Of a stretch of DNA of 32,000 nt, positions 18,338 through 25,736 are shown piece after piece. Numbering within the stretch: the stretch's first letter is position 1; each line of letters starts with the position of its first letter. The notes below the pieces were generated by a model. That model searched no databases. It was given only the letters and a program-made list of their open reading frames with translations, and had not been told where the DNA came from. The DNA comes from Desulfobulbus propionicus DSM 2032. GTDB taxonomy: Bacteria > Desulfobacterota > Desulfobulbia > Desulfobulbales > Desulfobulbaceae. The position numbers and the translations under genes are program-made. The stretch lies in NCBI RefSeq assembly GCF_000186885.1, contig NC_014972.1, positions 600,001 through 632,000 on the forward strand. Direction: 5' to 3'.

Positions 18338-19138
18338 TCAGGCCTTTTTCTTGGCCTTGGCACTGCTCGTCCCTTTCTTTTTCAGCCCTTCCAGCTCATT
18401 GTGCAGGGCCTCGATGGAGTCGGTCAACGGTTTGGGGTCAAACTCCCCCTTTTGCTCCAATTTTTCCAGGCGAGCGGGCACGTCGCCGAGGAACTTTTCC
18501 GGAGTGATGGCCTGCAACTGCTGAACAGTCGCGTTGAGTTTGCCTTCCAAGGTGGCCACATGGTCCTTGACCGTTCCGAGCATCTGGCCGGAAGCAGCGA
18601 TTTCAGTGGCAATGGACTCCAATTGGCCGGCGGCGGCAAATTCGCTGCTTTTTGCCTCCAGGGATTGCATCTTGGTGTTGAGAGCGGTGAACTGCTCGTT
18701 CAGGGTCTGCTGATTGTCGGCTACCTTTTTCACCTCAGCGGCAATAATGGTCTGCAACTCATCCTTGAGCACGATGGGGTCGGCGACCGGGGCGCAGGTT
18801 GCCTCCCTGCACTGGAAAGAGCCGATAAAGGAAAAAACAGGACGGAGGAGTTCACCAACGGAAACCTTGAGGGCCGCGTACATGGCCGAGGATGTTTCCT
18901 TGTTCACCAGCGAGACGGCAAAAAGGAAGATGCCAATGAGAAAAGCGATACACACGGTGAGGCCGATCACCATGGCTATGGACCATTGAACCAGACGAAA
19001 AGCACCGATGATGATCTGGCCAACGGAGTTGAGCACCCCTCCCTCGGGTGAAGCACTGGTCAGATAGGCCAGCAAGACAAAAACAAGAAGTACAACCGCC
19101 GATTTGACAAGCGGCGCACGCATCATATTCGTTTTCAT
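18338..19138 (-). CDS. Hypothetical membrane protein with a long C-terminal coiled coil and a Lys-rich tail
   Basis: ATG at 19138 preceded by a strong SD, GGGAGGAG. About 3 N-terminal TM helices (AVVLLVFVLLAYL, IIIGAFRLVQWSIAMVIGL, IAFLIGIFLFAVSLV). These are followed by about 150 aa of heptad-like, Q/E/L/A-rich sequence ending in KKKGTSSAKAKKKA. I recognise no family. Confidence 0.75.
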   Translation of the reverse strand: MKTNMMRAPLVKSAVVLLVFVLLAYLTSASPEGGVLNSVGQIIIGAFRLVQWSIAMVIGLTVCIAFLIGIFLFAVSLVNKETSSAMYAALKVSVGELLRPVFSFIGSFQCREATCAPVADPIVLKDELQTIIAAEVKKVADNQQTLNEQFTALNTKMQSLEAKSSEFAAAGQLESIATEIAASGQMLGTVKDHVATLEGKLNATVQQLQAITPEKFLGDVPARLEKLEQKGEFDPKPLTDSIEALHNELEGLKKKGTSSAKAKKKA

Positions 19139-19272
19139 AATCTACTCCTCCCTTGGGAAATTCGCTGTCCAGCTCCAAATGATCAAGATGTACGCATTGG
19201 GGAAAAGGGTTCCTGCCAGCATGCGTGTATCGGTTAATTCTGTGTGGTTTTAGTGTATTTGTTTTGGAACGG

Positions 19273-19315
19273 CAAGGGAAAATGTACAGTTGCGGCGACG
19301 CAAGTTTTTCCCTTG
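19273..19315 (-). terminator. Nested stem-loop directly after the HD-GYP stop codon (possible terminator, attenuator or RNA-stabilising element)
   Basis: Outer perfect 10-bp stem: CAAGGGAAAA (19273..19282) pairs with TTTTCCCTTG (19306..19315). It encloses an inner 5-bp stem, TTGCG (19290..19294) with CGCAA (19299..19303). No canonical U-tract follows on the minus strand, hence the low confidence. Confidence 0.25.
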
Positions 19316-19318
19316 GTT

Positions 19319-21064
19319 TCATTCATAAATTGCTTGCGCCTGTTCCTTCTTCCCGTAGGGCGCCGCGGCAGGCTCGGCGAGCGTCCGCCGAATCTCGTCA
19401 AAATCCGAGGCCGTTTGGACGAGGGCCTCGACAATGGCCGGATCAAACCGTTGGCCCGCCATGCTGACGATGTGCTGCACCGCCTCCTGATGCGAAAGCC
19501 GCTGGGACGGATCAAGGGTTGCGGTGAGCTCCTCATAGGTGTCGGTCACGGCCATGATGCGGGCTTCCAGAGGGATGTCGCCGCCACGAAGTCCATGGGG
19601 ATACCCCTGGCCATCCCAACGTTCATGATGGAAGTAGGCGATATTTTTGGCCAGCGATAAAAATAGGCTACCCTTGGCCTCCTCTTCCATGGCTTTGATC
19701 AGGTCGCCGCCTTTGCGGGGATGCTGACGCAACACGGCTTCTTCCTCCGCCGTGAGCCTGGTGCTGTTCTTGAGAATCCTGTCGGGGATGGCCACCTTGC
19801 CGATGTCGTGCAGGATGGCGCCCTGATAGAGGCTGTGCATATAGGTCGGGGTGATGCTGCTGTCGTAGGGCGGATGACGCGCGAGTTCCGCGGCCAGGAT
19901 ACGGCAATATTCGCGAATTCGTTCAAGATGATTGCCCGGCGTCACATCCCGGTATTCCGAAAGGTTGGCCAAGGCGAGAATGGCCGCATTTTCCATCTGT
20001 TTGATTTTGTCGAGTGACACAAGCAGATTCTGTTCCAACTCCTTGCGGATGCCGATATCGCGGAGAACCAACTGCAGGCCAAGGTGATCGTCACCACGCA
20101 GCAACAGGGCGCCGCTGATTTCCATCTCTAGGGGGCCCCCTTGATAAGATTGCAGGGTGATGTGCCAAGCGGAAATCGGTTTGCCCTGAATAAGCGGGGC
20201 AAACAGTTCGCTTGCTACCCGGTGCCGGTCTTCGGGAAGAACCGCGTCATAAAAGGATGCGCCCTCCGGCGGTTTCCCTCCGTAAAAATGGCGCTGGTAG
20301 GAGCGGTTCGCCTGGAGCAGATCCCCTTGCTCGCTGACCAGAATCACGTCGTCGGCAATGGCTTGATAGAGAATCATGTAGCGCTGTTCCGTGGCCTGCT
20401 GTTCGGCGGTTCTTCGCTTGACTTCCCGTTCCAGATGGTCGGCTTGCCGTTGCAGCTGATCGGCGGCTTCGTGTTCTGCCCGCCGCAACCGGTATTCCCG
20501 GCTCCGGGCCGTGGTGTCGGCCCAGCTCTGGGTGGCGGCGATGAACACGAAGCAGGTCATGAAAAACAGGTTGCTGAACAAACTTAGCCACTGGTATTCG
20601 CTCAGCGACTCCAGCAAGGAGACGGAAACGAGATAGATGCAGATCAGGGCGAAACCGCTGATCAGGGTCTGGGCAACGGTGAGCGGCGCCAGAGCGGTGT
20701 AGATGGTCATGGCGACGATCAGGCCGACGTAATAGGAGGAGGTCACGCCGCCCAGGCGATGCACGGTGAGGAGGATGACGGTACCGGCACAGAGATAGCC
20801 GGCAAAACCAATGGCCCAGGCCAGGCGGTGGTGGCGGTCGAAAAAGTTGGCCACCAGCAGAAGACCGACAAAACCGACGGCACACAGCCGGTAACGGAGA
20901 AACTCGAAGAAATGCTCGGTGATCAGCAGATAATCGAGCAGGGTGAAAAGCAGCATGACGCCCATGCCCACCCCCAGAATCAAGTAGACCCGCTGGTGGT
21001 GCAGCTGTTGTGACTCCTGCTCAAACTGGTGATCAGCGTTGCGCATGCGAAGCCCTGCTTTCAC
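19319..21064 (-). CDS. Multi-TM / PAS / HD-GYP domain protein (c-di-GMP phosphodiesterase family), paralog 1
   Basis: About 6 N-terminal TM helices, a PAS-like segment, then HD-GYP motifs LHDIGKVAIPDRIL and HHERWDGQGYPHGL. The GTG start at 21064 overlaps the upstream stop (GTGA). An alternative ATG lies at 21046. Confidence 0.88.
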   Translation of the reverse strand: MKAGLRMRNADHQFEQESQQLHHQRVYLILGVGMGVMLLFTLLDYLLITEHFFEFLRYRLCAVGFVGLLLVANFFDRHHRLAWAIGFAGYLCAGTVILLTVHRLGGVTSSYYVGLIVAMTIYTALAPLTVAQTLISGFALICIYLVSVSLLESLSEYQWLSLFSNLFFMTCFVFIAATQSWADTTARSREYRLRRAEHEAADQLQRQADHLEREVKRRTAEQQATEQRYMILYQAIADDVILVSEQGDLLQANRSYQRHFYGGKPPEGASFYDAVLPEDRHRVASELFAPLIQGKPISAWHITLQSYQGGPLEMEISGALLLRGDDHLGLQLVLRDIGIRKELEQNLLVSLDKIKQMENAAILALANLSEYRDVTPGNHLERIREYCRILAAELARHPPYDSSITPTYMHSLYQGAILHDIGKVAIPDRILKNSTRLTAEEEAVLRQHPRKGGDLIKAMEEEAKGSLFLSLAKNIAYFHHERWDGQGYPHGLRGGDIPLEARIMAVTDTYEELTATLDPSQRLSHQEAVQHIVSMAGQRFDPAIVEALVQTASDFDEIRRTLAEPAAAPYGKKEQAQAIYE

Positions 21065-22782
21065 GATGTCCGTGCCCTGTCACGGGTCAGTCGGGTGCCG
21101 GCACTTTTGAACTCCTGTTCCCTCCTCAAGAAGGCCTCCACGATGACCGGATCGAAGCGCCGGCCGCTTTCCTCGGCAATCAGTCGGCGGGCCTGCTCAT
21201 GGGGATAGGCGGGTTTGTAGGGCCTGGTCGAGGTCAGGGCATCATAGACATCGGCCAGGGCGATGATGCGGGCCGAAAGCGGTATGGCTTCTCCGGCCAG
21301 GCCGTATGGATAGCCCCTTCCATCCCAGCGTTCATGATGATAGCGGGTGATTTCCTGGCCAAGGCGGAGAAAGGAGAGACTTTCCGAGCCTTTCTCCGCC
21401 GATGCCAGGGCGTTGCTGCCGTAGGTGCAATGCCGTTGCATGGTCTCGTATTCCTCGGCGGTCAATCGGCCCGGTTTCAGCAGGATGGCATCGGAAATTC
21501 CTATTTTGCCGATGTCGTGGAGCAGGGAGGAGAGGCAGAGATCGTCGATGAAATGTTCGGTGATGACCGACTGCAGTTCCGGGACGGTGGCGAGCTCGAC
21601 CGCCAGAATTCGGGTGTAGGCACGGATGCGGAGCAGGTGGGCACCGGTGGTGTCGTCCCGGCATTCGGCCAGGCGCGCCAATCCGAAGATGGCCGCCTGC
21701 CGCGAGGTGTCGAGCAGCTGCTTGGATTCCAGGACCCGTGTTTCCATCTCCTTGGTCAGGCTGATGTCGCGGATAATCAATTGACAGCATTCTCCATGTT
21801 CTGGAAGATGGACCGTGTTGCCACTCAGTTCGACTTCGAGGGGGCGGCCCCGATAGGTCAGCATCTGCATCTGCACCCCCTTGATCCGTTCGCCCCGGCG
21901 TATGCGGGTGAGCACGTCGCCATGGAACAGCTCCCGCTCGTGCGGGGGGAGGAAATCGGAAAAGGGCCTGTTTTCCAGCAGCTGCGACGAGCATTCAAGC
22001 AGGTCGGCGCCATGCGGGTTGATCATGCGGATCATGCCGTGCATGTCGATCAGGACCACCAGATCGAGGAGGTTGTTGTAGAGGTCGCGGAATTTGAGAT
22101 CCGATTCTTCCAACAGGGCCAGCCGCTCCCGCACCAGCGATTCGAGATTGCCGGTATAGCGCTTGAGTTCGCGGCTGATGGTTTGCAAACTCTTTTGTGC
22201 CCGCAGCGAGCGCAGTTGGGTGTGGAATTCGTCAAAACACTGCACCGTGGTGACGATGACAAGGGTAAAGAAAAAAAAGCTGTTGTTGATCACATACATC
22301 AGTTCCGGCCGGTCAAGCGGCCGGTCATTGACGTAGACGGTGAGCGCATACACCAGATACATGGACGCGCCGAGCCGCAGGGCCTGGGCGACCGTCAGCG
22401 GCAGCACGGAAAAGGCCCCGGCAATCATCAACAGGATGCCGACGTAATAGCCCGAGGCGAAGCCTCCCAACTTGACGGTCATCAGGGAAATGACCAGGGT
22501 GCCGAGCAGCATGACGGCGAACATGATGGCCGGGGTGTGGCGTCTGATGGGGGGCAGATGGAGGATGGCCAGCAGGCCGAGCATGATCAGCACATAGCTG
22601 AGGCGATAGAACAAAAAGAGCGGAAAAAAAGAGCGGGCATGGACGTAATCGAGCAGGGCAAAGAGGGAGAAGAACACCACCCCCAACCACAGGCAGATAC
22701 GGGTGCGCTGATAGAAGAGTTCCTCCATCTCCTCATGCACCGGTACGGCTTGGGTACCGGTTGTCGAGGGTTTTTTGCGCAT
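21061..22782 (-). CDS. Multi-TM / PAS / HD-GYP domain protein (c-di-GMP phosphodiesterase family), paralog 2
   Basis: Same architecture as paralog 1. Motifs: LHDIGKIGISDAILLKPGRLT, HHERWDGRGYPYGL, ADVYDALTSTRPYKPA. The ATG at 22782 shares one nucleotide with the upstream TGA (TGATG) and follows AAGGAG. The tracked ORF begins one codon earlier, at the GTG at 22785. Confidence 0.88.
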   Translation of the reverse strand: MRKKPSTTGTQAVPVHEEMEELFYQRTRICLWLGVVFFSLFALLDYVHARSFFPLFLFYRLSYVLIMLGLLAILHLPPIRRHTPAIMFAVMLLGTLVISLMTVKLGGFASGYYVGILLMIAGAFSVLPLTVAQALRLGASMYLVYALTVYVNDRPLDRPELMYVINNSFFFFTLVIVTTVQCFDEFHTQLRSLRAQKSLQTISRELKRYTGNLESLVRERLALLEESDLKFRDLYNNLLDLVVLIDMHGMIRMINPHGADLLECSSQLLENRPFSDFLPPHERELFHGDVLTRIRRGERIKGVQMQMLTYRGRPLEVELSGNTVHLPEHGECCQLIIRDISLTKEMETRVLESKQLLDTSRQAAIFGLARLAECRDDTTGAHLLRIRAYTRILAVELATVPELQSVITEHFIDDLCLSSLLHDIGKIGISDAILLKPGRLTAEEYETMQRHCTYGSNALASAEKGSESLSFLRLGQEITRYHHERWDGRGYPYGLAGEAIPLSARIIALADVYDALTSTRPYKPAYPHEQARRLIAEESGRRFDPVIVEAFLRREQEFKSAGTRLTRDRARTS

Positions 22783-24296
22783 CACTCCTTGGTCGCCATG
22801 GCAAAGAGGTTGACGCCGGCCTGTTCCACCAGGATTTCCACCCGATCGCCAAAGGGGGTCGATGCGAACAGCGCGCGCAGATCGTCACTGGTGCGGTAGA
22901 TCAGCTCCCATTTGAGCAGCTTGTCGAGGAACAGGCAGTCGGGATAGAAGGTGAAGTTGCCGAGCAGCAGGGTGCCGCCTGGCTTGAGATGGCGGTGGCA
23001 CTGGTTGATCAGGGCGCGGAACAGGCGTGGGTCGAGATAATCGCACAGTCCGGCCGAATAGATGATGTCCAGCGGCTCGATGTGGTGCTTGGCCCGGCCC
23101 AGGGCCCATTTGATCACGTTTTCGCTCATCAGCCGGATGGAGGCGCGGTGAGGGAAAATGTTGACATGCTGGTTGGTGTACTGCAACGCCTCGGAGTCGA
23201 TGTCGACGCACAGGGCCTCGATGGTCTCGCTGTACTCGCACTCGGCGAGGAAATCAAACAGCTCCCGGTTGGGTCCGCAGGCCAGGTTCATGATTCGGGT
23301 GATGCCGCCCCGCGCGGCAATGGCGCCGCTGAGGCGCATCAGCTGTTCCTTGAGCAGGATGCGCCGACCGCGGATGGCCAGCGAGCCGGGCCGCTGGAGG
23401 CAGAAGTCGTCGATGATTTCGCCGAGCTTGCCATCCCCCTTGGGAATGTTGGCATAGATGTGCTCCATCATGAGGAAATCGCCGGCATAGCCCTTGGGCT
23501 TGAAGTAGGCGCGTTCGGCAAAGCGGCTGCGCATCAGATAGGGGAAGATCTCCTTGAACACATACCCCCACATTACCTCGTCATAGCCGCTGCCGGTCAT
23601 GGTCTGCTCGAATTCGGCCAGCGAGCCATTGAGCTCGCCCATGACCGCGATGCAGCGGGCCTCGCTGTCCGGGTCGCGTTTCCCCTCGGCCTCGGTCTTT
23701 TGCAACCGGTGGGAAAGATTGAACAGCTCGGATTTGAATCCCTCCATCCGGCTGCTGATCGTGTGCCATCGGGAGGAGTGGGTCAGCGGCGGGGGCAACG
23801 GCTTGGCCTCGGTGTAGCGGCTGGCGTGGCGGGTGGAGAGCGATTCGGCATACCCGGCGATCGGCTCCCGTTCCCCGGCGATCCGGCGGAATTTGCCGCA
23901 GATTTTCTGGGTGAGGAAGACGATGAAATCGGTGAACAGCCCGGGATTGCCGGCCCGCAGGCTGTCCATGACCGCGCCGTCGAAGATGGCGACCCGGGCC
24001 TCGCCCACCGCCTGGATGTCACGAACCCGCGATTCGCCGTCGAAATAGCCGATTTCGCCGAAAAATTCCCCGGAACCGATCAGGGCCACGGTGATGCGGG
24101 TATCGGATCGGTCGGTATAGCTGACCTCCACCGAGCCGCTGGCCAGGTAATAAAAGGCGTTGGTCGTCGTGCCCGGCGACAGGATCGGCTCGCCAGCGGC
24201 AAAGTCGCGCACCGTGGCAAAAGCGAGCACGGCATCGAGCAAGGGAGGGGTTTGGACGTCCGGTGCGGCGGTCGAGGTGTGGGCAAGGTGTGTCAT
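22782..24296 (-). CDS. Fusion protein: N-terminal cyclic-nucleotide-binding (cNMP/CAP-type) domain plus C-terminal class I SAM-dependent methyltransferase (PhcB-like?)
   Basis: The cNMP beta-barrel reads FAAGEPILSPGTTTNAFYYLASGSVEV...GSGEFFGEIGYFDGESRVRDIQAV. The C-terminal half has SAM motif I ITRIMNLACGPNRELFDFL, then LDIIYSAGLCDYL and LKPGGTLLLGNF. ATG at 24296 with a GAGGA SD at 8-nt spacing. Confidence 0.85.
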   Translation of the reverse strand: MTHLAHTSTAAPDVQTPPLLDAVLAFATVRDFAAGEPILSPGTTTNAFYYLASGSVEVSYTDRSDTRITVALIGSGEFFGEIGYFDGESRVRDIQAVGEARVAIFDGAVMDSLRAGNPGLFTDFIVFLTQKICGKFRRIAGEREPIAGYAESLSTRHASRYTEAKPLPPPLTHSSRWHTISSRMEGFKSELFNLSHRLQKTEAEGKRDPDSEARCIAVMGELNGSLAEFEQTMTGSGYDEVMWGYVFKEIFPYLMRSRFAERAYFKPKGYAGDFLMMEHIYANIPKGDGKLGEIIDDFCLQRPGSLAIRGRRILLKEQLMRLSGAIAARGGITRIMNLACGPNRELFDFLAECEYSETIEALCVDIDSEALQYTNQHVNIFPHRASIRLMSENVIKWALGRAKHHIEPLDIIYSAGLCDYLDPRLFRALINQCHRHLKPGGTLLLGNFTFYPDCLFLDKLLKWELIYRTSDDLRALFASTPFGDRVEILVEQAGVNLFAMATKE

Positions 24297-24366
24297 GACA
24301 AGGTCCTCGCAAGAGGTGGGGATGGCCGCCGGCTAAACGGGCGGAGGGAATGCTGGGCAGAATGGC

Positions 24367-25659
24367 TCAAAACGAGGCGATCACGCCGACGGTCACTGCA
24401 TGGGCTCCGCCGTCGGTGAAGGTGCCGTCAATGCCGGAGGCGTTCGTGACCGATCGGGTGCGGGTACGATGGTACATGTACGACATCCCCAGTTCCATGG
24501 CCGGCGAATAGCGGTAGCGCAGACCGGCGCAATAGACCGTCGCGTCGGTGTCCGGCAATTCAAAGCCCAAGGTTTCGCTGGGCACGGGCGTTTCATCGTA
24601 GGCAAAGCCCAGGGTGGTGGTCCAGCGGTCATTCCATGTATAGGTCAGACCGAGCCGATAGGCGTCGGTGTCCTGCCAATTCTTGGCCACGGCACGATCA
24701 AAGACGTCGAAAGCGGTTCCGAGAAAATCCTGTCCGTACTGAAAATCCAGCTGCGCAAACGACGACCAAAAGGTCCGGTCCCATCCCAGTTCCACGGTCA
24801 ACCGCTCAAAGGTGTAGGCTGTGGCCAGGCTGAACACGGCCGGCAGGGTGACGCCGATGGCCGAGGAGCCGGAATAGGGGGAAAGCGATGTTGCCTCCAG
24901 CAGGGCCCTGAGCTGGCCGTCACCCGAGAGGTTGAGATCGACCTCCGATCTGTAGGTGGCGGCAATGGTCCATTGTTCGACCGGCCGGAGGGAGAGGGCG
25001 AGATTGTAGCCCAGTTGGGTGTCGCTGCCGTCGGACGAGCGGCTGAGGGTGGTCAGGGGGGCGATTTGCGCCAGCGGCGGATTGAGCAACTCGCTTTCCA
25101 CCTCGCCTTTGCCGTAGATGACGCTCAGACCGCCACCAATGCTCAGCCACGGACGCACCTGGTAGGCGACCGTCGGGTTGGCCTCGACGATCAAGAGGGA
25201 AAATTCCTCGGCGCTGGCCTGGGGAAAGGGCTGATTCCAGCGCTTGGACAGGCCATAGGGATAGGTGAGCGAAAACCCGAAGCGCAGATCGTTGTATTGC
25301 GGCGACGCGGCATGGATCAGCGGCATGAAGAACAGCTCGTCCTCCGACGACCCGTTGAATGTCGAGCTGCGGTGGTCCGAGTAGGTGATCGACGGCAGGT
25401 GCAGGGCGGTCAAGCTGGTTTCCGCTTGCCATTGATCGGCCAGCCACGCCATGTTGGCCGGATTGTAGTAGCTGGAATCCGGTCCGGGCGTATGGGCGAT
25501 GTGGGCACCCGCCAACCCCACGGCGCCGAGGGATTGGTTGGTGATGCGAAAACCCGAGGCTTCGGCCGTCCCTTGCAGGGCGGCCAGCGTCAGCACCAGG
25601 CCGTGGGCAACGGCCCCGGGCCAAAGCCGACGCGGCAAGGACTTCCCGTGTGGTGTCAT
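24367..25659 (-). CDS. FadL/OMPP1/TodX-family outer-membrane channel for hydrophobic compounds
   Basis: Signal peptide ending LQGTAEA. Family N-terminal hatch motif SGFRITNQSLGAVGLAGAHIAHTPGPDSSYYNPANMAWL. Alternating beta-strand pattern with a terminal F. GGGAGA SD before the ATG at 25659. Confidence 0.88.
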   Translation of the reverse strand: MTPHGKSLPRRLWPGAVAHGLVLTLAALQGTAEASGFRITNQSLGAVGLAGAHIAHTPGPDSSYYNPANMAWLADQWQAETSLTALHLPSITYSDHRSSTFNGSSEDELFFMPLIHAASPQYNDLRFGFSLTYPYGLSKRWNQPFPQASAEEFSLLIVEANPTVAYQVRPWLSIGGGLSVIYGKGEVESELLNPPLAQIAPLTTLSRSSDGSDTQLGYNLALSLRPVEQWTIAATYRSEVDLNLSGDGQLRALLEATSLSPYSGSSAIGVTLPAVFSLATAYTFERLTVELGWDRTFWSSFAQLDFQYGQDFLGTAFDVFDRAVAKNWQDTDAYRLGLTYTWNDRWTTTLGFAYDETPVPSETLGFELPDTDATVYCAGLRYRYSPAMELGMSYMYHRTRTRSVTNASGIDGTFTDGGAHAVTVGVIASF

Positions 25660-25727
25660 GGCGGATCTCCCGAGAAAACCGGTTGTTCTTCCGGATCAGT
25701 CTCCGACTCAAGGTTAATAGCAATTGA

Positions 25728-25736
25728 ATTATAGCA
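25728..25736 (-). promoter_or_regulatory. Candidate extended -10 promoter (TGCTATAAT) for the FadL-like / methyltransferase / HD-GYP cluster
   Basis: The minus strand reads TGCTATAAT, a perfect TATAAT with a TGn extension, in a short AT-rich island about 70 nt upstream of the ATG at 25659. There is no good -35 element. An 8-bp inverted repeat abuts it upstream. Confidence 0.45.

Noticed and set aside
21010-24419. Two long plus-strand ORFs (629 aa and 552 aa) opposite the HD-GYP and methyltransferase genes
   Set aside because: Both are Gly/Ala/Arg/Asp/Gln-rich shadow frames typical of GC-rich DNA, with no recognisable domains. The minus strand carries unmistakable HD-GYP, cNMP and SAM-methyltransferase motifs and proper SD sites.
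24400-25734. 444-aa plus-strand ORF opposite the FadL-like gene
   Set aside because: Shadow ORF, Gly/Arg/Val-rich, with no signal peptide or domain. The minus strand encodes a complete FadL-family protein.
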